Below, piece by piece: positions 13,881 through 27,823 of a stretch of 64,000 nucleotides of DNA. Source of the stretch: Laetmonice hystrix (taxonomy: Eukaryota); the NCBI GenBank assembly GCA_965235115.1, contig OZ249439.1, forward strand, positions 18,476,001 to 18,540,000. The letters are read 5' to 3'. Position numbers and translations under genes: made by a program. Under the pieces are notes generated by a model that searched no databases, was not told the DNA's origin, and was given only the letters and a program-made list of their open reading frames with translations. The stretch's first letter is position 1. The number at the start of each line of letters is the position of its first letter.

Positions 13881-14098
13881 AGCAGGATGATTTAAGGGAA
13901 ATCCCTGTTAGAAACTTCTCATACCCTAGTGTATTTGGCTCCCAAATGTGCGAACTTCTCATACTGGAGTGTATTTGGCTCCTATATGTGACCATGTAAT
14001 CGTTGTTGCAAACGTCTCGTTACTCGAGTGTATTTGACCCCCAAATGTGACCAGAATTCTTATACATGTAAGTGATGAGCAGGATGATTTAAGGGAAA
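13881..14098. repeat. 21-bp exact direct repeat pair bracketing a minisatellite
   Basis: AGCAGGATGATTTAAGGGAAA at 13881-13901 and 14078-14098. Both are preceded by TGAT(C/G) and followed by (T/-)CCC. Confidence 0.9.
13913..14052. repeat. Degenerate ~40-bp minisatellite, 3 units
   Basis: Units AACTTCTCATACCCTAGTGTATTTGGCTCCCAAATGTGCG (13913-13952), AACTTCTCATACTGGAGTGTATTTGGCTCCTATATGTGACC (13953-13993), AACGTCTCGTTACTCGAGTGTATTTGACCCCCAAATGTGACC (14011-14052). Confidence 0.88.
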
Positions 14099-16777
14099 CC
14101 CCATACATATGTTTGAAGTGTTTGCACTTCAAGATACTGAATCGACAAGAATAATCTTTCCATTCATATGTATTTTTAAAACACTGCTCTCAGCTAACAT
14201 AAATAAGACCAGACAAGCAATGAACTTTGATATGTGTAATGGGTACAAGCTATTTTTGTTACTTTATTTCTATATCGCATATTTAATGCTCAGTAATTGA
14301 TTAACCATCTTTAAGGAAACAAACATACATTTTCCATTATTTAGGTCGTCTCTGGATTGGCACAAACAAAACCATCTGATAACGAAGGGGATAGCTCTCT
14401 GTGGAGTATCTACGATGGTATTTGGTGGTCCTTTCTAATCCTACATGTAATTTGCGTGAAATCTGACGAACAAATGACCTGCCAAAGCCTGTGATATTCT
14501 ACTGTCAAAGTACCGGAAACTACCCTCCCGTCTCTGACAAATTGAGATGTATGGCAACTAATTCTTCATGTTCTTAAGTGGGCCTTTTGTCATTCCTTTG
14601 AGAAGAAACCCCATCATAGTCAGCATTTATTGAAGGGGATTTCCTCGCGTAGTCGTATCTTATAATTAGAAGATTTCTAGATGTCAGTATTGTGAAGAAG
14701 TTATCATGGTGGCTCGTGCTGACAGCCTGCTGTATTGACTTGTAAATCACGCGGACTTCCTACCACCGCAAAGGGTGCCTCTCATTTTCAACAAGACAAA
14801 CACTGCCAATCAAAAAGCACACTCCGCGCTGAAAGAATTTCCCCCAAAGAAATGGATCGACCACAGGATATTCACTTAAAATATTTAATTAAGTTGAATT
14901 ATTTCAATTGTATTGTAAGTACCATAAAGCAGTGGCATCGAGCTCTTGGTATCCTTGCACTAAGTCTTGTCATAAGTCAGTTGAAACCAATCAGATTTAA
15001 CTGTCATGGAGGCAAAGATTCAGTCATCACTGCTGGCCTCATAACTGTCACCAATGGAATTAGAAAGGATTACGTATATATGTATTCTTAATCTGCGTGT
15101 CTCCGCCATTCTATTCAGTAATCCCTGTTGCAAACTTTATTTGACATCTTTATTATAATTTTGGATCGTAACAAAAGGTTAATTGAGATACAATAATTGC
15201 ACTTATTTCTTTAGTCATGACGTTCGGTAAAATAATAAGTAAAGAACTGGTTGGAATACAGTTCCGAACAAAAAGGCCTTATCAGTGAAGGATATTTCTA
15301 TACTCCAGTTAACACAAGGTTCAGTTCAAGGGGCCAAAGGTTACATATATGCTAGAATTATTAAAGGACATGAAAGCTTTTGGTTCCTCCAAATTCGGTC
15401 TCTGTTGTGGTTACTACTTGATATGGATATAATGTTGTAAATCGGTTTCATTTATTATTTTTGTCGTTCTCTACGTCAGACGTGGTAGCGTGAGAGGTAA
15501 GGACGTATTGAAAATGACTATAAAAAGTGGGGCCGAGTGAAGGGGGTTCCTTGCTGCTTTGACGTGTTATCAGAAGCACGTCGTACATGAGTTGAGTTGT
15601 ATCGATCCACTCTGTGGTATTAATAGTTCTGATAAATCAGATTGGTGAGGCAATATCGTGCCGTAATGGCCCAAGTCTTGGCTGCCTTGACAGCAGCTCC
15701 ACATCACCTTTGATGCTGATAGGCCATTGGTTCAATCTGGTCAAGGTGCTCCTTGCGCCCTGTTCCATTTATTACAGATGGTCTATGGGAAAGCAGTGTA
15801 AGGACGAAAGAAAGGCATTATTGTAACTTTACAGGTACTCACAGCACTGATTGGATTTGAGGAGATCTGCCTCGGAAAGCCTATTATTCCATGACACTTT
15901 GTGCTCACTTCTAAACATTCCTACACACTTCGGCTCTTTTCTAATGTGGAATGCTTCATTCCCGGTCTCTCCTTGTAATGAGTATTTATTTTTTTAACGA
16001 GAGTCCAGCCGGTATGTTCTACTATCCCATCGTGCAAGACTATCCCTAATGAAAAGACATCAGGTTTGAACCCATCTTTGCTTTTAGCGTGAAGATTGTC
16101 TTTGTTTTTATGGCAAACGAGAATGATGATACTATCAAAGGATTATATCTGTGGCTGTAATAGATAAGATGTGCTCAAAAATAAACTTGGCAGTAGACCA
16201 GCAACATCTAGCCCATATCCATTCTTTTACGCATGAAAGTTCCGATGAGCCCACCGTCTACATTTTACTATTATAATAAGGAATCAATAAAGTGCTGTAA
16301 TAAATTATATTGATTGTGGGGAAATAACCAAAATAAAGACGGTCAAACTTCTTGGCATTTTCTTCGGTTCTGAAAGCAAGCACCTGTTCAACAACGAATG
16401 AGTCAGTGCATCCATGAGACTTTTACTGATTACCCGGTGAAGTTACATGGAGGTTTCTTTGGCGCGTAATCTCTTTCCTAAAGCACAACCCAAACACTTT
16501 CCACACTAACAAGGAAACAGGACTTTCGATATGGAAGAATCTTGAAGGATTCTCATTCAAAGTGTAAATCTGCATGCAATGATTGATACACTGACCTACC
16601 TATCTTTGTCAATCAAAAATATGTTCATTTATAGTAAGTATACATGTGTCTTAATGAATGTGTTAATTTTATCGTCTATTTTTGATAAAATGTCAGTTAT
16701 TGCTTTTAAGTTGTTGAAGTTCGACGTTTTACTCTTGTACAATCATTACACGATTTTAAACGTTTTTGTCTTTTTAG

Positions 16778-16828
16778 ATCCAAACGTCTTGCAAGTGTTC
16801 AAAGAAGATATCGAATTGCAATTACAAG
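16778..16828 (+). other. Candidate 51-nt exon
   Basis: Acceptor CGTTTTTGTCTTTTTAG| and donor AAG|GTGAGA. Length divisible by 3, all frames open (phase 1: DPNVLQVFKEDIELQLQ). Confidence 0.3.
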
Positions 16829-17998
16829 GTGAGAAATTAAGTGTATGTTTTCTTACCATAAAGTATGTGTAGAAGGTATCTTATAGGTGACTCGAGAGCA
16901 TCATTGATTTTTTATGGCGTGCATTTACTCGGTTAAGTGATTATGAACTTGATTGAACAAAATTCATTCCTCAAAATGGAATCAAGATGTTGGGTTTTAA
17001 GTCTCACATAAAAGCTTGTAAGCTTTTGTACACCTCTCAAAACCTGGCGTTCATCAATCAGACATTTAGTGTTTTGCCGTGACAAAGACTCTTGCCGTTG
17101 TCAGTCTGTGCTGATAGAGGGCGCTGCTGCGAGTTCAGGAAATGTTGAATCAGATCCATTTACACAATGGCAGAAAATGATGTGAAAATGCTGAAGTGCA
17201 TCCACATTCAGGCATCATTGATTTGTAATGTTCGCTTGTTGAGACGTCATCTGGGGAAGATGTTGACACAAAAGTGAATCTGCATCACCATCTGGTCCAG
17301 TAGGCTTTGTGCAGATCCTCATGAATAAGGCTTCTTCAGTAATTGTCCTTGTGCCACAGGTTTTTGTAAAATTATTCTGACACAGTCTCCAGGGCTCCAT
17401 TCTGATGTCATCCCATTTAACTTCATTTAGCTACGGTACCAGTTAGCAGTCTTCCCATTTCAGGTTGTTGATATTGTTGTCATTGGCTAGCTAACTAGCA
17501 GACCATTTTATCATAAAACTCCCAACAAAAGGATAGAAATGCATTAAAGTGCTCAAGACAAAGAAATAGGCAGTTTTAGCGGTTCAGGGAAGAGACCTCT
17601 CAGGTTGGATGCGCTTCGTTAGAAGCTGGAAGCTGCACAAGTACAGCAGCATTGTGTTGCTGGAGGCGGACCATTGGATCTGGGCCGCTGAGGGTGATTG
17701 GTGGAGAGCCTGTTAGGGAGGCTAGCCTCATAGCTTCAGCCTGTGCTAATGGTTTCATTGTGAGCCAACTATTGCACTGCCCATAGACCAGCAGGGGCGT
17801 CCAGTTGCCGCCTGGACCCAATTCACAAATACCACCCCGGCGGTACCTCCTTCCAGTTTTCAACGTGGCTTCGTGAAGAGACTTACGAATGTCTGGAAAG
17901 CCTGTGCCTTCCCCCAACGAAAGGCTGGTGTAGCCCTCTGCGCTGGTGGAGACGGTACCGGAGGTCATTATTATTTAGAGCCCACAGCACCTGTAACT

Positions 17999-18015
17999 CC
18001 CCCCCCCCCCCCCCC
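17999..18015. repeat. C17 homopolymer
   Basis: Seen directly. Confidence 0.9.
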
Positions 18016-21000
18016 GTCTACGAAATCTGTCTGCTGTGACCACTTGTGTTCATTTCCATGGTGTTTATATTTTTTTAAATACATCACAAAATATTTAACG
18101 AATGGCGTAGATAATGCTGGGGTAGAGGTAATCACCAAGTTTTGGCCGCCGTTGTTAGGAATGGACATAAACGGGCGAGGGCGAGAGTCTTGACTGGGAG
18201 GGTTTGACGGTGGCCGGTACTGTGTTCGAGATGTCCAATCTCATCGCCAGGCCGCCATCCGGAGGACGGTGAATGTGTGGGGCAGCAGTCTTGGCATTCA
18301 GTTCGCATTACGGGCAAGGATACGAGTGGGTCCAAGAGGTGCGCATGGAGCCGTTATGGGCGGAACGGCGAGACGGTCTGCGCACCACTCTCAGACATCT
18401 TTCATCATTCATGTCCTCTGTGGTAAGAAATTGAGCCCTATGGACGGCCCCTTGAACACAGTGAGCCTTGCTTGGTCCACACCTCGTCCCCTAGAGAACC
18501 GTGGAGAGAAGATTCAGAGACAAAGGGAGCACTCATTGTACGCCGAGCGTCGGTGGCATAAGGAAGCACGAGTTAGCACCTCATCAAGCAAGGCGTCACA
18601 TCCTAGAGACAGTGTCGCAGTGAAATAGGAATGTATGATTTAAAAGTTCACAGGAAGTTCAGCTAGATTGGATACATGCATAGACATCATTTGAAATAGG
18701 TGACAGAAATTTAACTATCGTAGATTCGTAGATTATATATCCGAGTCCACAATCTTGGCTGTAAAAATTAAATGTTAAAGCCATGAATTTTGAATGGTCA
18801 CCATAACGATACTGAAGTAAAAAAAGTATCTACTATATGCTTAATGAGTTTAAAAACGGGACAACATGAAGCATATCTAGCGGGTAGAAAGTTTTAGCAA
18901 CGTAACTTGCAAACTTAGCTGTTTCTTCTTTTGTCGTATAACGCAATGGAAACATGAAATCCGCAATTCTATCTCCATAAAACATTACTTTGCAATTCTG
19001 AAATCTTCTTGGCACGGTAAGATGAAGGCGAAAGTAAAGTCCTTATAAGATTTCTTGGAAAGTCTCATCATATACGTGCGCTACGTTCATCTGTCACTGT
19101 GGCTTTAAATCGCGTTAGGTTGATTCTAAGCCTGTTAAGGGTAAAAGGACCAGTGCTGTCCATTAAGTCGGTCCGTGCTGTGTCTACTATGACAAGTCCT
19201 CCAAAGGAAGTGGACCTCTGCTTCATGCACTTCTTTCCACCCTCCTACACAGGGGAGTGGGTGTCATCATTTGTTTGTATCTTGTGGAGAGGAGAGCGAC
19301 TGTTTTGTCACTGGAGACCAATGGACGGAGGATTTCACTGGCTACAGATGTGTCGAGGTCTGCGAGATTCTGACCGGAATGGCAATGAGCATGTTAACTT
19401 GCTGACCAAACACGCTTGAATGACTGAGGAGATAACAAGTGGAAAGGCTTGTTGCTTATCTGGGGAAATAGGCTCCAAATTTACTTTTGTTAACACCGCT
19501 TCGGTATTGGATGTCTGTATTGGTCCGTGGCTTATATCTATAGACAAGGTAAAACCGGTGGGAACCTCGTTATGGTATCAGCTGGATATTGCGCCACATA
19601 TTATACAGTTTGAATTGGGTCTTCCTTGTTTGCGTGAAGTATTGACATTGAACCCGGTCTTCGATTTGTGTTCAGAATATTGCATAACGCCCATATTATA
19701 TAACAGTGATCCACGAAAAATATTGTATCTGTGAATTACTAAAATACACGTACTTGTTACCCTCAAGAAGGAAATATTGCTCCGACTGGGTGAAATTGAA
19801 TCAAGTCGTCTGTATGTGCCTCAGTGCATGGACACGATGCCCTAAATGCCCCCACGTAGCCGTGATGCGTTTAATATTCCATGCAGTCACGTTGTCCGTG
19901 TATCTGACATTCTAGGAGAATGTTCAAAATAACAAAACGTTCGTCACAGAAAATTCCTCGCGACCAGGAAGATTGTTTGAAATATTATGTTTACTTATAT
20001 TTTGAATATGCGGATATTAACATGGGGGCTGAAAGGAACTTAGAGTGAGACTGTTTATCACAGTCGACCTTCCGGCATCTTATGCCTGATAGGGGGAACA
20101 GGGATGGCTCGTCCCAACAGTTTCGATAATTAATTTGGCTACAGATTAGCCCGAGTGACCGGGACCTTTCAAGTCTCATTTACGCACAGTGCATTCCAGA
20201 GAAAGCAAGGCGAATACCTGACGGCTGGTATTGCAACCCTTTCTTTCTTTCTCAGACCTCTGAATTACTGCACCAGCCAGATGGCAATCTTTTAGTTCCC
20301 TGGATACTCTCTCAGTTTTGCCCATTTATCGAAAAAAATCAGAATCTCATTGGTATAAATGTTGAGATTTGCCAGTTTGGATGTGGTAGATCCAGTGATT
20401 GTATGGAGTCTGATTGCTATCGTAGAATGGTAGCCATTTTATGGTGCCAGGTTCGGGAAGCATACCTCAAAGGGATTATATAGTTCATTCTTTGATATAA
20501 TGAAAGGGGTAAACGGATTTCAATCAATACGAGCCTGAAGAAACCTGTAATCGTAAAATGGACGTATGCCAGCTGTAGTCTCAATATAGCACCGTCATGC
20601 AGCGGCAGGACCTGGCTATGACTCTCAGATGTACTACTCTACCATATGCTGATAGGTCTATTCTCATGCACCATATTTCCCCACTGACACTTATGTCAAA
20701 GAACTGTGTGCCACTGAAATTGAGGGTCACCATACCGGCTATAAAGACTGATGGCGTTGTGTCCAATAAACCTCAAGATATGGGCAGCTCATCTTGGCCC
20801 AGAACAACTACATCCGTGAGTGGTCCTATCTATGCTTCGCTCAATGGACTCAACATCATCACACTTTGCCGTTGTGCCACTTCCGTCCCCCAATCGATTC
20901 ACTTCCTGAGGTTGAGCACTCATTCACATCCGATTTCCCCAAACAATTTTAGTAATCTTGCTCTACTGGTGTGGGGGCAAAGTTCAGTGTAAAGATGGAC

Positions 21001-24000
21001 GCCCCCACCCCAGACGTGACAGGGTAAAGCAAGTTTTAATAAAGAAGCCAAAGACGGGTTGCATGCTTCCAATAGCGTCTGCATAACAGTGCGGGCCGGT
21101 GACGCACCCTTGGGACCAAACCATCAAGATTGTTGTCAAGTTGGGCAGTTTTTCTTGAGTCTGTCAGATGGAAACTATGGATTAGACATCAGAGGAGAAA
21201 AACAAATCAAGCACAAGCCTGCGGTCCCCGTTGTGCATTCGGAGATGAGGAAAGAAAATCAACACATGATAGGTGTCTTAACGCATACCATGAAGTTTAT
21301 CATAGTAGAATAATGAGCAAGTAAGTGGTCGTGTATGCCGAGCGACCTCTACCACATGCATCTAATCAAAGGAAGTATAGGGGATGCCGGTCCATTGGGT
21401 TTGATAGCATCTGAAGGGTAGACTCTATTAGCTTTATTGCAATATAATGCAAAGCCCTTTTCAAGTCATCTCTTCTGACTAAGCTTTTATTTAGTACTTT
21501 TATTAGACATAAGATTTTGAGACAATGACCGTTTCTGAGTTTAAAGCCGAAGTGTGAACTCTGAACACCGAGAATAGGTTTGTGATAGGAATTATATCGC
21601 TGGATTAAAAGGTAATCTCAAGGATACAGGACGGTATATGACCATGAGGTGGTAGATAATATTCCACACGTACCTTAGTACCTCTGATCACTAATAAGAC
21701 CGTAGATATCCCACCACTGAAACAGGTCGTTTGCTGTGAGCTGGGTGGTAAATACTTGTCTAGTCATGAGGGAAGGACTGGAGTATTTTTTACAATGGTG
21801 ACAATTTACTCACAACTCTTCCTAAAGGCACCCGAGGGAAAATCAACCATTTTCTTATTGATCTTTACTGTGGTGATGGTTGCCAAGGCGCTGCACGCAA
21901 AGTGATTTATGTGACAGCTTATTATCGCGTTCACATTATATATTAACCTTAAGGTCTAGAGTGTGATGTTTTCTTTGTTTACAGTTATAGTATGGAAAAT
22001 ATTGCCAGGAGAAATCACAGCCAAAGCTTTCCTGTTTTAGATTGGGTTAGTTGTAAAAGCAGTATCACTAATGACTTTATATTTGGACAACACTTGTGGA
22101 TCCATAAGAAAACCTAGAAGGAGGTTCGAGTCAGATTTTATCGGGCATGCATCAAATTATCCTATTCTCACGTCAGAATTGATTACTGGCAGACAGACCA
22201 TAACAAATAGATTACTATGCACTTCACAAATCTATCTTTTGGGTGCAACTTACACATCTTTTTCGGTGACTTATAAAGCAAATTTTACATTCTAGCTGTG
22301 CAGTTTTCAAAAGCAATAATACAATATTTTATTTAGATTGTGAGAATGAATTACGGGGGGTTGGGCTAGCGTCAAGCGAAGGCTTAATTCAAGACACTGT
22401 AATCAGGTAATGTGTGACAAATTTTGTGTCGAATTATAAATCTTCTTGTAATCTACTGTATAAGCAGCACTTGAACGCTGGGGTAAATACATAAAGTAGC
22501 TAGTAAATCTACTGTTTGATGAGCAACCTTCTCTTAGTAAAAAAAAAACAAATTGTGTCAATATATCTTTCAACAACCTACCCGTTTTAGGATGCAGTCC
22601 ATGCCAAATATGGCGTTACACTAGATGATGAAACGTGAATGTTTCCTTCATACTTGGTAGGAGAGTAAAAGCAGCATTCTTTCCCTGCCACTACACCATT
22701 ACTGCCAAGCTGCTTCCCATAATGCACTCTGTCAATCCTTCATTCTGTGGTGCACATTCAGCTGCCAAATTGCGAGCTTCAGAGCCGGGTATGGAGAACC
22801 AATTAGGACGATTGCATGCCACACTTTACAGAGCATATCGACTAATATGCTTGAGCCGGCATTCTGCTTTGGCACCAGCCAATTTTTCTTTATTTTTCAT
22901 GGCTGATTGGAAGAGACAGCACACAAATAGACCCTGGGTAATCAAATATGTTGGCTTTTTAATTGGGAACTAGTGCTCAAGCTTGATATCATATACTTTA
23001 CTCATGTCGGATTATGTGCACAACTGTCTATGTCAATCCATCTTGAGGGAAGTTTTGTTTTTCCAATCATGCAGAGTAGGGTGATAGGATGTGTTTTAAT
23101 GAAGAAAACTTTACTTCTTACTATAAAAGACAAGAGGTTGACTCATGTAGGGTGCATTTGAGGTCCAGGTTATATCACAGTGATGCATCACTGAATTTCT
23201 GAGCGGCCCTGATTGTCCAGGCCTCAGGATGGACCCACTCATGAGATTAAAGAGTCTTCCCCCCAAGTAGCCCGCCTAATATCATAGGCGGACCAACCCT
23301 AGTGTTGGCCAAACCGGGACAGTAATTGCAGGACATTAATGCAGCAGATTCGCAATGGACAACACCCCACAGCACGAACAGCTAAATCAGAGTATCATGA
23401 ATGGTAATGTTGGAAGTCTGTGGGCCGCGAACTGCAAGATGAATGGGATATTAAGCTGGAAAGGGCAAGAGATCGGAAGGATCATTTCTGTTCGGCTGAC
23501 CTCTGCTTGGAGGGGAACCATACACGCTGTGTCCTCGGCCGTGCGGCAGATTCAGAGTACAAGTTGGTGTAGTCCTGCTCGGAATAAATACACACGCAGG
23601 TGATGCGATATGTGGCAGGCCAATTTCGGTATTTATATTTGTACTGCAGACAGTGTCGAAACGGAATATGTAATCACATTGTGGAAACAGAGACAAAGCT
23701 TTTACATGCCCTTTATTTAGTTTCCGATATTGTACATTGATAGGAGCTATTCTCGCAAAATAAAAACGTATACCTAACCGATGATAAAGAAAGCCTTCTG
23801 AGTAAGTAGTATGTAGAAATGGCGGTTATATTCAGGCAATTTCTAATGCTGTCGTCTTCGTACCTTCAGGTCGGAAAGGCTTGTCTAACGATAACAAGAC
23901 TGCAGCAGTTGTACAGCTTCGTTAGAAGAGTCCTCGTATTTACAGAGTTATACGAAGGAAGATATAGACGAGAAAGAGCTTGTCTTCAGATCTTTTGATA

Positions 24001-25545
24001 CTAAAGTTAAGTTGAGCTAGATAGCTTCAAAGAGGCCTTGACTGTTTCAGTGCCGTCATTATGAATAGACCTACGAATGCCTTCATGGCAGCATTCTCTC
24101 TCTCCTACGACTATTCTAGCCGAGATCAACCAAGTGATGATGACAAATTCCATTGTCGGAGAACATCCAAGCCTTCCTACCGGATACCATGTTGAGCCAT
24201 TTGGGCATGAAATGTCTGACTGGTTGCTATTTGTGTGCCAGATTTGTCTCGGGATTTGCGTCGACACCTGACAAGTGTTTGATGGGCAGCGCTGCGATTC
24301 ATGAGAAGCCTGATCAAATCACAGACAGTGTTGTACAATCGCAAGGGACTTGAGGCCCAGTCAATAGTGGAGCAAAGATGTTGGTAGGGCTGAGGTTTAA
24401 ATTACAAAAGCAAGCTAGCATGGCTGATTTTGTGGGGCAGGGATAGGAGACAGCTGTGATCGCGTGAGCTGGATGGACAAGTGCGAAAGGTGTAGCTCAT
24501 GGGTTAAAAGCAAACATGGTTCCATAATCACACGTTCCCCTGACATACTGCGAACGAACGTGTTGAGAAACCGGAGCGGGCTGCCGCAGCCTGCCAGGGT
24601 TTCAGCTGTAGATATGACTGGCAGTCAGGGATTACAGGCGGGACTGCTTTCATTGATCCGATAATCCAGGGGTTAGTAAATCAGGAAATCATAGCTATAC
24701 CTACTCACGACAATGAAACCTTTGCCTGACCTTAGTGGCTGTGCACCGGTAAGCTGGCTGGAACACAAGGCAGCCCAAACCTCTGCACCTAAAATGAGGC
24801 GCTGAAGAGTTTAATCTGAGATCGGTACTGTTTCCTGTGACCTCCATTTCGGTGGCGCCTTTCCTTCCAGGTAACTGGATGCATGCATTTGACAACTGGC
24901 TGACTGGAGCACACGTTAACAGGAGAAGTTCGTCAAGCACGGAGGCCGATTACTACACCAATTTCCTCAGGCGTTGTCAGCAGGAGGAAAAGCAAGGGAG
25001 GCACGGGGAACAAATTACGCATTCCCTGGAGCCATGATGTTGTCCCTTCACAAACAGGTGCATGCTGAAAGGAGGTGAATGCCCAAAGTCTCCCCTCGTC
25101 TCATTTGTGCGTCAGCATGCACTCGCTCCCATAATTAGTGCCTGCAAATGGATTTTTTTTTTCTTAAAAACTTATTTCATGACCAGTTCTATTAAAGTGA
25201 ACGAGTCATTTTTGGCTCTCATCCGATTCTAGTATGTCTGTCCTTGTCAATTAAAGGTACATCTAGCTGTCCTTCCGGTTGAGAGCGACCACCTGACAGT
25301 ATAGATTTTGTTGGCCATGGGTGAGTACATAGAAGGTCAGGATGTATTTTTTAATGACTGATAAACTACACTGAAATCCAATCCGAGTGAGGGATTGGTG
25401 AATGTGGACGGTGGTGTGGATAGAGTTGAAGCTGTACGATCGTTGAGGAAATGTCATGGAGACAGAAACTCACCTCCTGATTGGTGGCCGACATTGATAA
25501 CCATAATGGTCGGGTCAGTGGGCAGGAGGAAGGACCTGCACTCAC

Positions 25546-25581
25546 CTGCCCCGGGGTATTCCTGCAGCCACTGCCGCTCCT
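25546..25581 (-). other. Candidate 36-nt exon (minus strand)
   Basis: Minus acceptor TGTGTTTGCCTATAG| and donor CAG|GTGAGT. Phase 1-1 frame reads ERQWLQEYPGA. Confidence 0.15.
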
Positions 25582-27803
25582 CTATAGGCAAACACAATCC
25601 TAATCTAGCGTAAGCCCAGGAGGGTTGGACGAGGAACAGACAAATGTTGCCCTAGAATAATGATCAGCCGTGTTTCTGGAATCTTTCCTGTGAATGCACT
25701 CCAGGAACTATTGGATGCTAGAATGAAATCTGATATGTTATAAAAGGAATGGAATGTGGCTCGAGATAGGGTTGAAATTCTTAGGACAACTGGCGTACCT
25801 TTTCAGGTGGTCGCAAACCCCTGATAGGTTCATTAGTCCTGACAATGACTCCGCAATGAACATTAGATTCCTGCAGGGAAATGTAGAGAAATAATCTCTC
25901 AGTGCGCCAAGCAATATGCCATTCAATTTTTGTCATCCCTATCTGTGAGAAGCCTTCAACATATTGCAGTGCGATTGTACTTGGCACTCGTATATAATCA
26001 AGAGCACAACGGGGACACACCTCCTTAAGATTAATGAATTCCATGTAGAAAGTTTAAGAAAGTTATATTGAATTTGACATAGATCTTCTGACTACAAACT
26101 CCTAAGTCAGATGGAAGGGCTCATAGAAAATCTTGAATGCCAACTTCTGGCATTTAGTTTAGTTTTCCTGAGCTGTCCATGGACGCTGACCCTTACTTTT
26201 TTAGTTGACCTCATCGCACCAAATGTGAAAACGTTCTCTTTGAGCATTAAAAAAATCGTGCATGTTTGTCATTATGACCTTTGGATGGACAAAAGGATGA
26301 AAGAGCGCCGGTGGAATTGTCTCCAAAATTGTTGCTCTTGGCAATTATCTTCTAAGGGTGTGGGGACAAAGTGACCTATTTTCGTGTGTAAAAAGTATTA
26401 AATTCTATTACAGTTCGTCCGGAAAGGGAATAAAATCTTATTAAAAGTATTGATCTTACTGTAAGGAGATTTAGTGGCCAGTTATAGCCGAAGAGAGGTT
26501 ACAGTTCATATCCAGCCAACATTACGCTAAAAATGATTGCCGATACTTTTGTAAGGTGTCATGGAGGGAATATTGTTGGTGACTTCACCAGGAGTAAGAG
26601 TATGCTTCTACAAAACCTGTAAAGGGAGGTCACCAGGCGGATGAATGGAGCCGATATGTTATTAGAATACTGGCTAAAATCATTTGACAGCAGTTTCATC
26701 CACAAGTTGGGAAACCAATTAGGACCAGTTTTGTCAGGCGGAAACCAGCCAGCCACGGTACCCATGGTTCATATATGACAGTAGATAGAGACAGAACAGG
26801 CAGGTTCAATAATCTTATCCGGATAGCTTCATCATTGATGTGGTGAAAGTTAATGTCTCTCAACAGTATGTAATGGCAATGCTGTGGTAATGGTGTATTG
26901 TGCCATCAGAATTGACAATCTTATATGGCGTACATGTTTTAACACTCTTTAAAGTCCATAGGAAACAGGCTGGCTTCAAGTGCAACTGTGTCATAATCAA
27001 ATGACGTTACTTGGCTTGAAGGCTAATCCTGACTGATTGATTTTTTAATGTATCTTTCATAATAGGTGCATTATTTGTACAATCTGATTAAGATCTATTA
27101 ATTAGTCAAGAAATGATGAGGAAAGATCTGCTGTGAATGTGAAAGAAATCAAATCTTGGAAGCCAGAGGCCTGTATCGACCAGTCTTGAATTGAGAAAGA
27201 AAAATCCCCATAATCTGACTGATGCATGATTAGTATATAAGCTTCCTTTATGGATTAACAGTGTGCGTCAGGTCATTAAGCCCTGTTCTGATCGAATGTT
27301 ACTGGAATAACATCAGATAGACATTGATAACAAACTTTAAATTGTTCTCCCCATTCAGACAACCCGTTTGATTTGAAAGCTTAGGAAAAAGTGTTCACAC
27401 ATAGAATAAGTCATCTGTGTGATAGTTTTAGTTATATCTTATATGTTTGTCGATTGTAAGAACTTGGAGCAACCAGCAATGATCAAAAACAGCCAGAATG
27501 AAGGGGGGCTCTATAATTGCTGCTGTACTCTAGTTCCCTAGAGGCTGTGGTAGGCTCTTTGATGATAGCCTGAGACAATTACAATTTGCATATTGATTTT
27601 ATATAAAGGCTTCTGCTACACTAAGGCTTTGATGGTGACTAGCATTGGTAGTGACCAAAATCTTAGTGCCATTTTAAGCGAAGATATCCATCAGTGCTGT
27701 CTTTTCCTTGTCTTTGATCATGTTATTATAAGAATGTGGTTGTAGCGGTCTACTGGTGTGATATTCACATTCCTACAAAGATCAGAAAGACGATTTGAAA
27801 CCA

Positions 27804-27823
27804 TAGCTGTGACTAGCTGTGAC
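27804..27823. repeat. 10-bp tandem duplication (TAGCTGTGAC)x2
   Basis: Seen directly. Confidence 0.8.

Noticed and set aside
13913-14052. CRISPR-like interpretation of the hairpin-containing repeats
   Set aside because: Units are adjacent and degenerate with no unique equal-length spacers, no cas genes, eukaryotic context.
14072-14140. C/D-box snoRNA-like GTGATGA...CTGA
   Set aside because: No terminal stem or recognisable rRNA guide, and such box pairs are common by chance.
18833-19015. GDRIA (dUTPase motif-4-like) in a 60-aa ORF
   Set aside because: Isolated pentapeptide 42 kb from the motif-3-like segment and on the other strand. Shows such matches arise by chance.
26170-26190. RE1/NRSE-like site (reverse complement TCAGCGTCCATGGACAGCTC)
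   Set aside because: Needs a 1-nt insertion in the left half-site, and REST is mainly a vertebrate factor while the sequence looks non-vertebrate.
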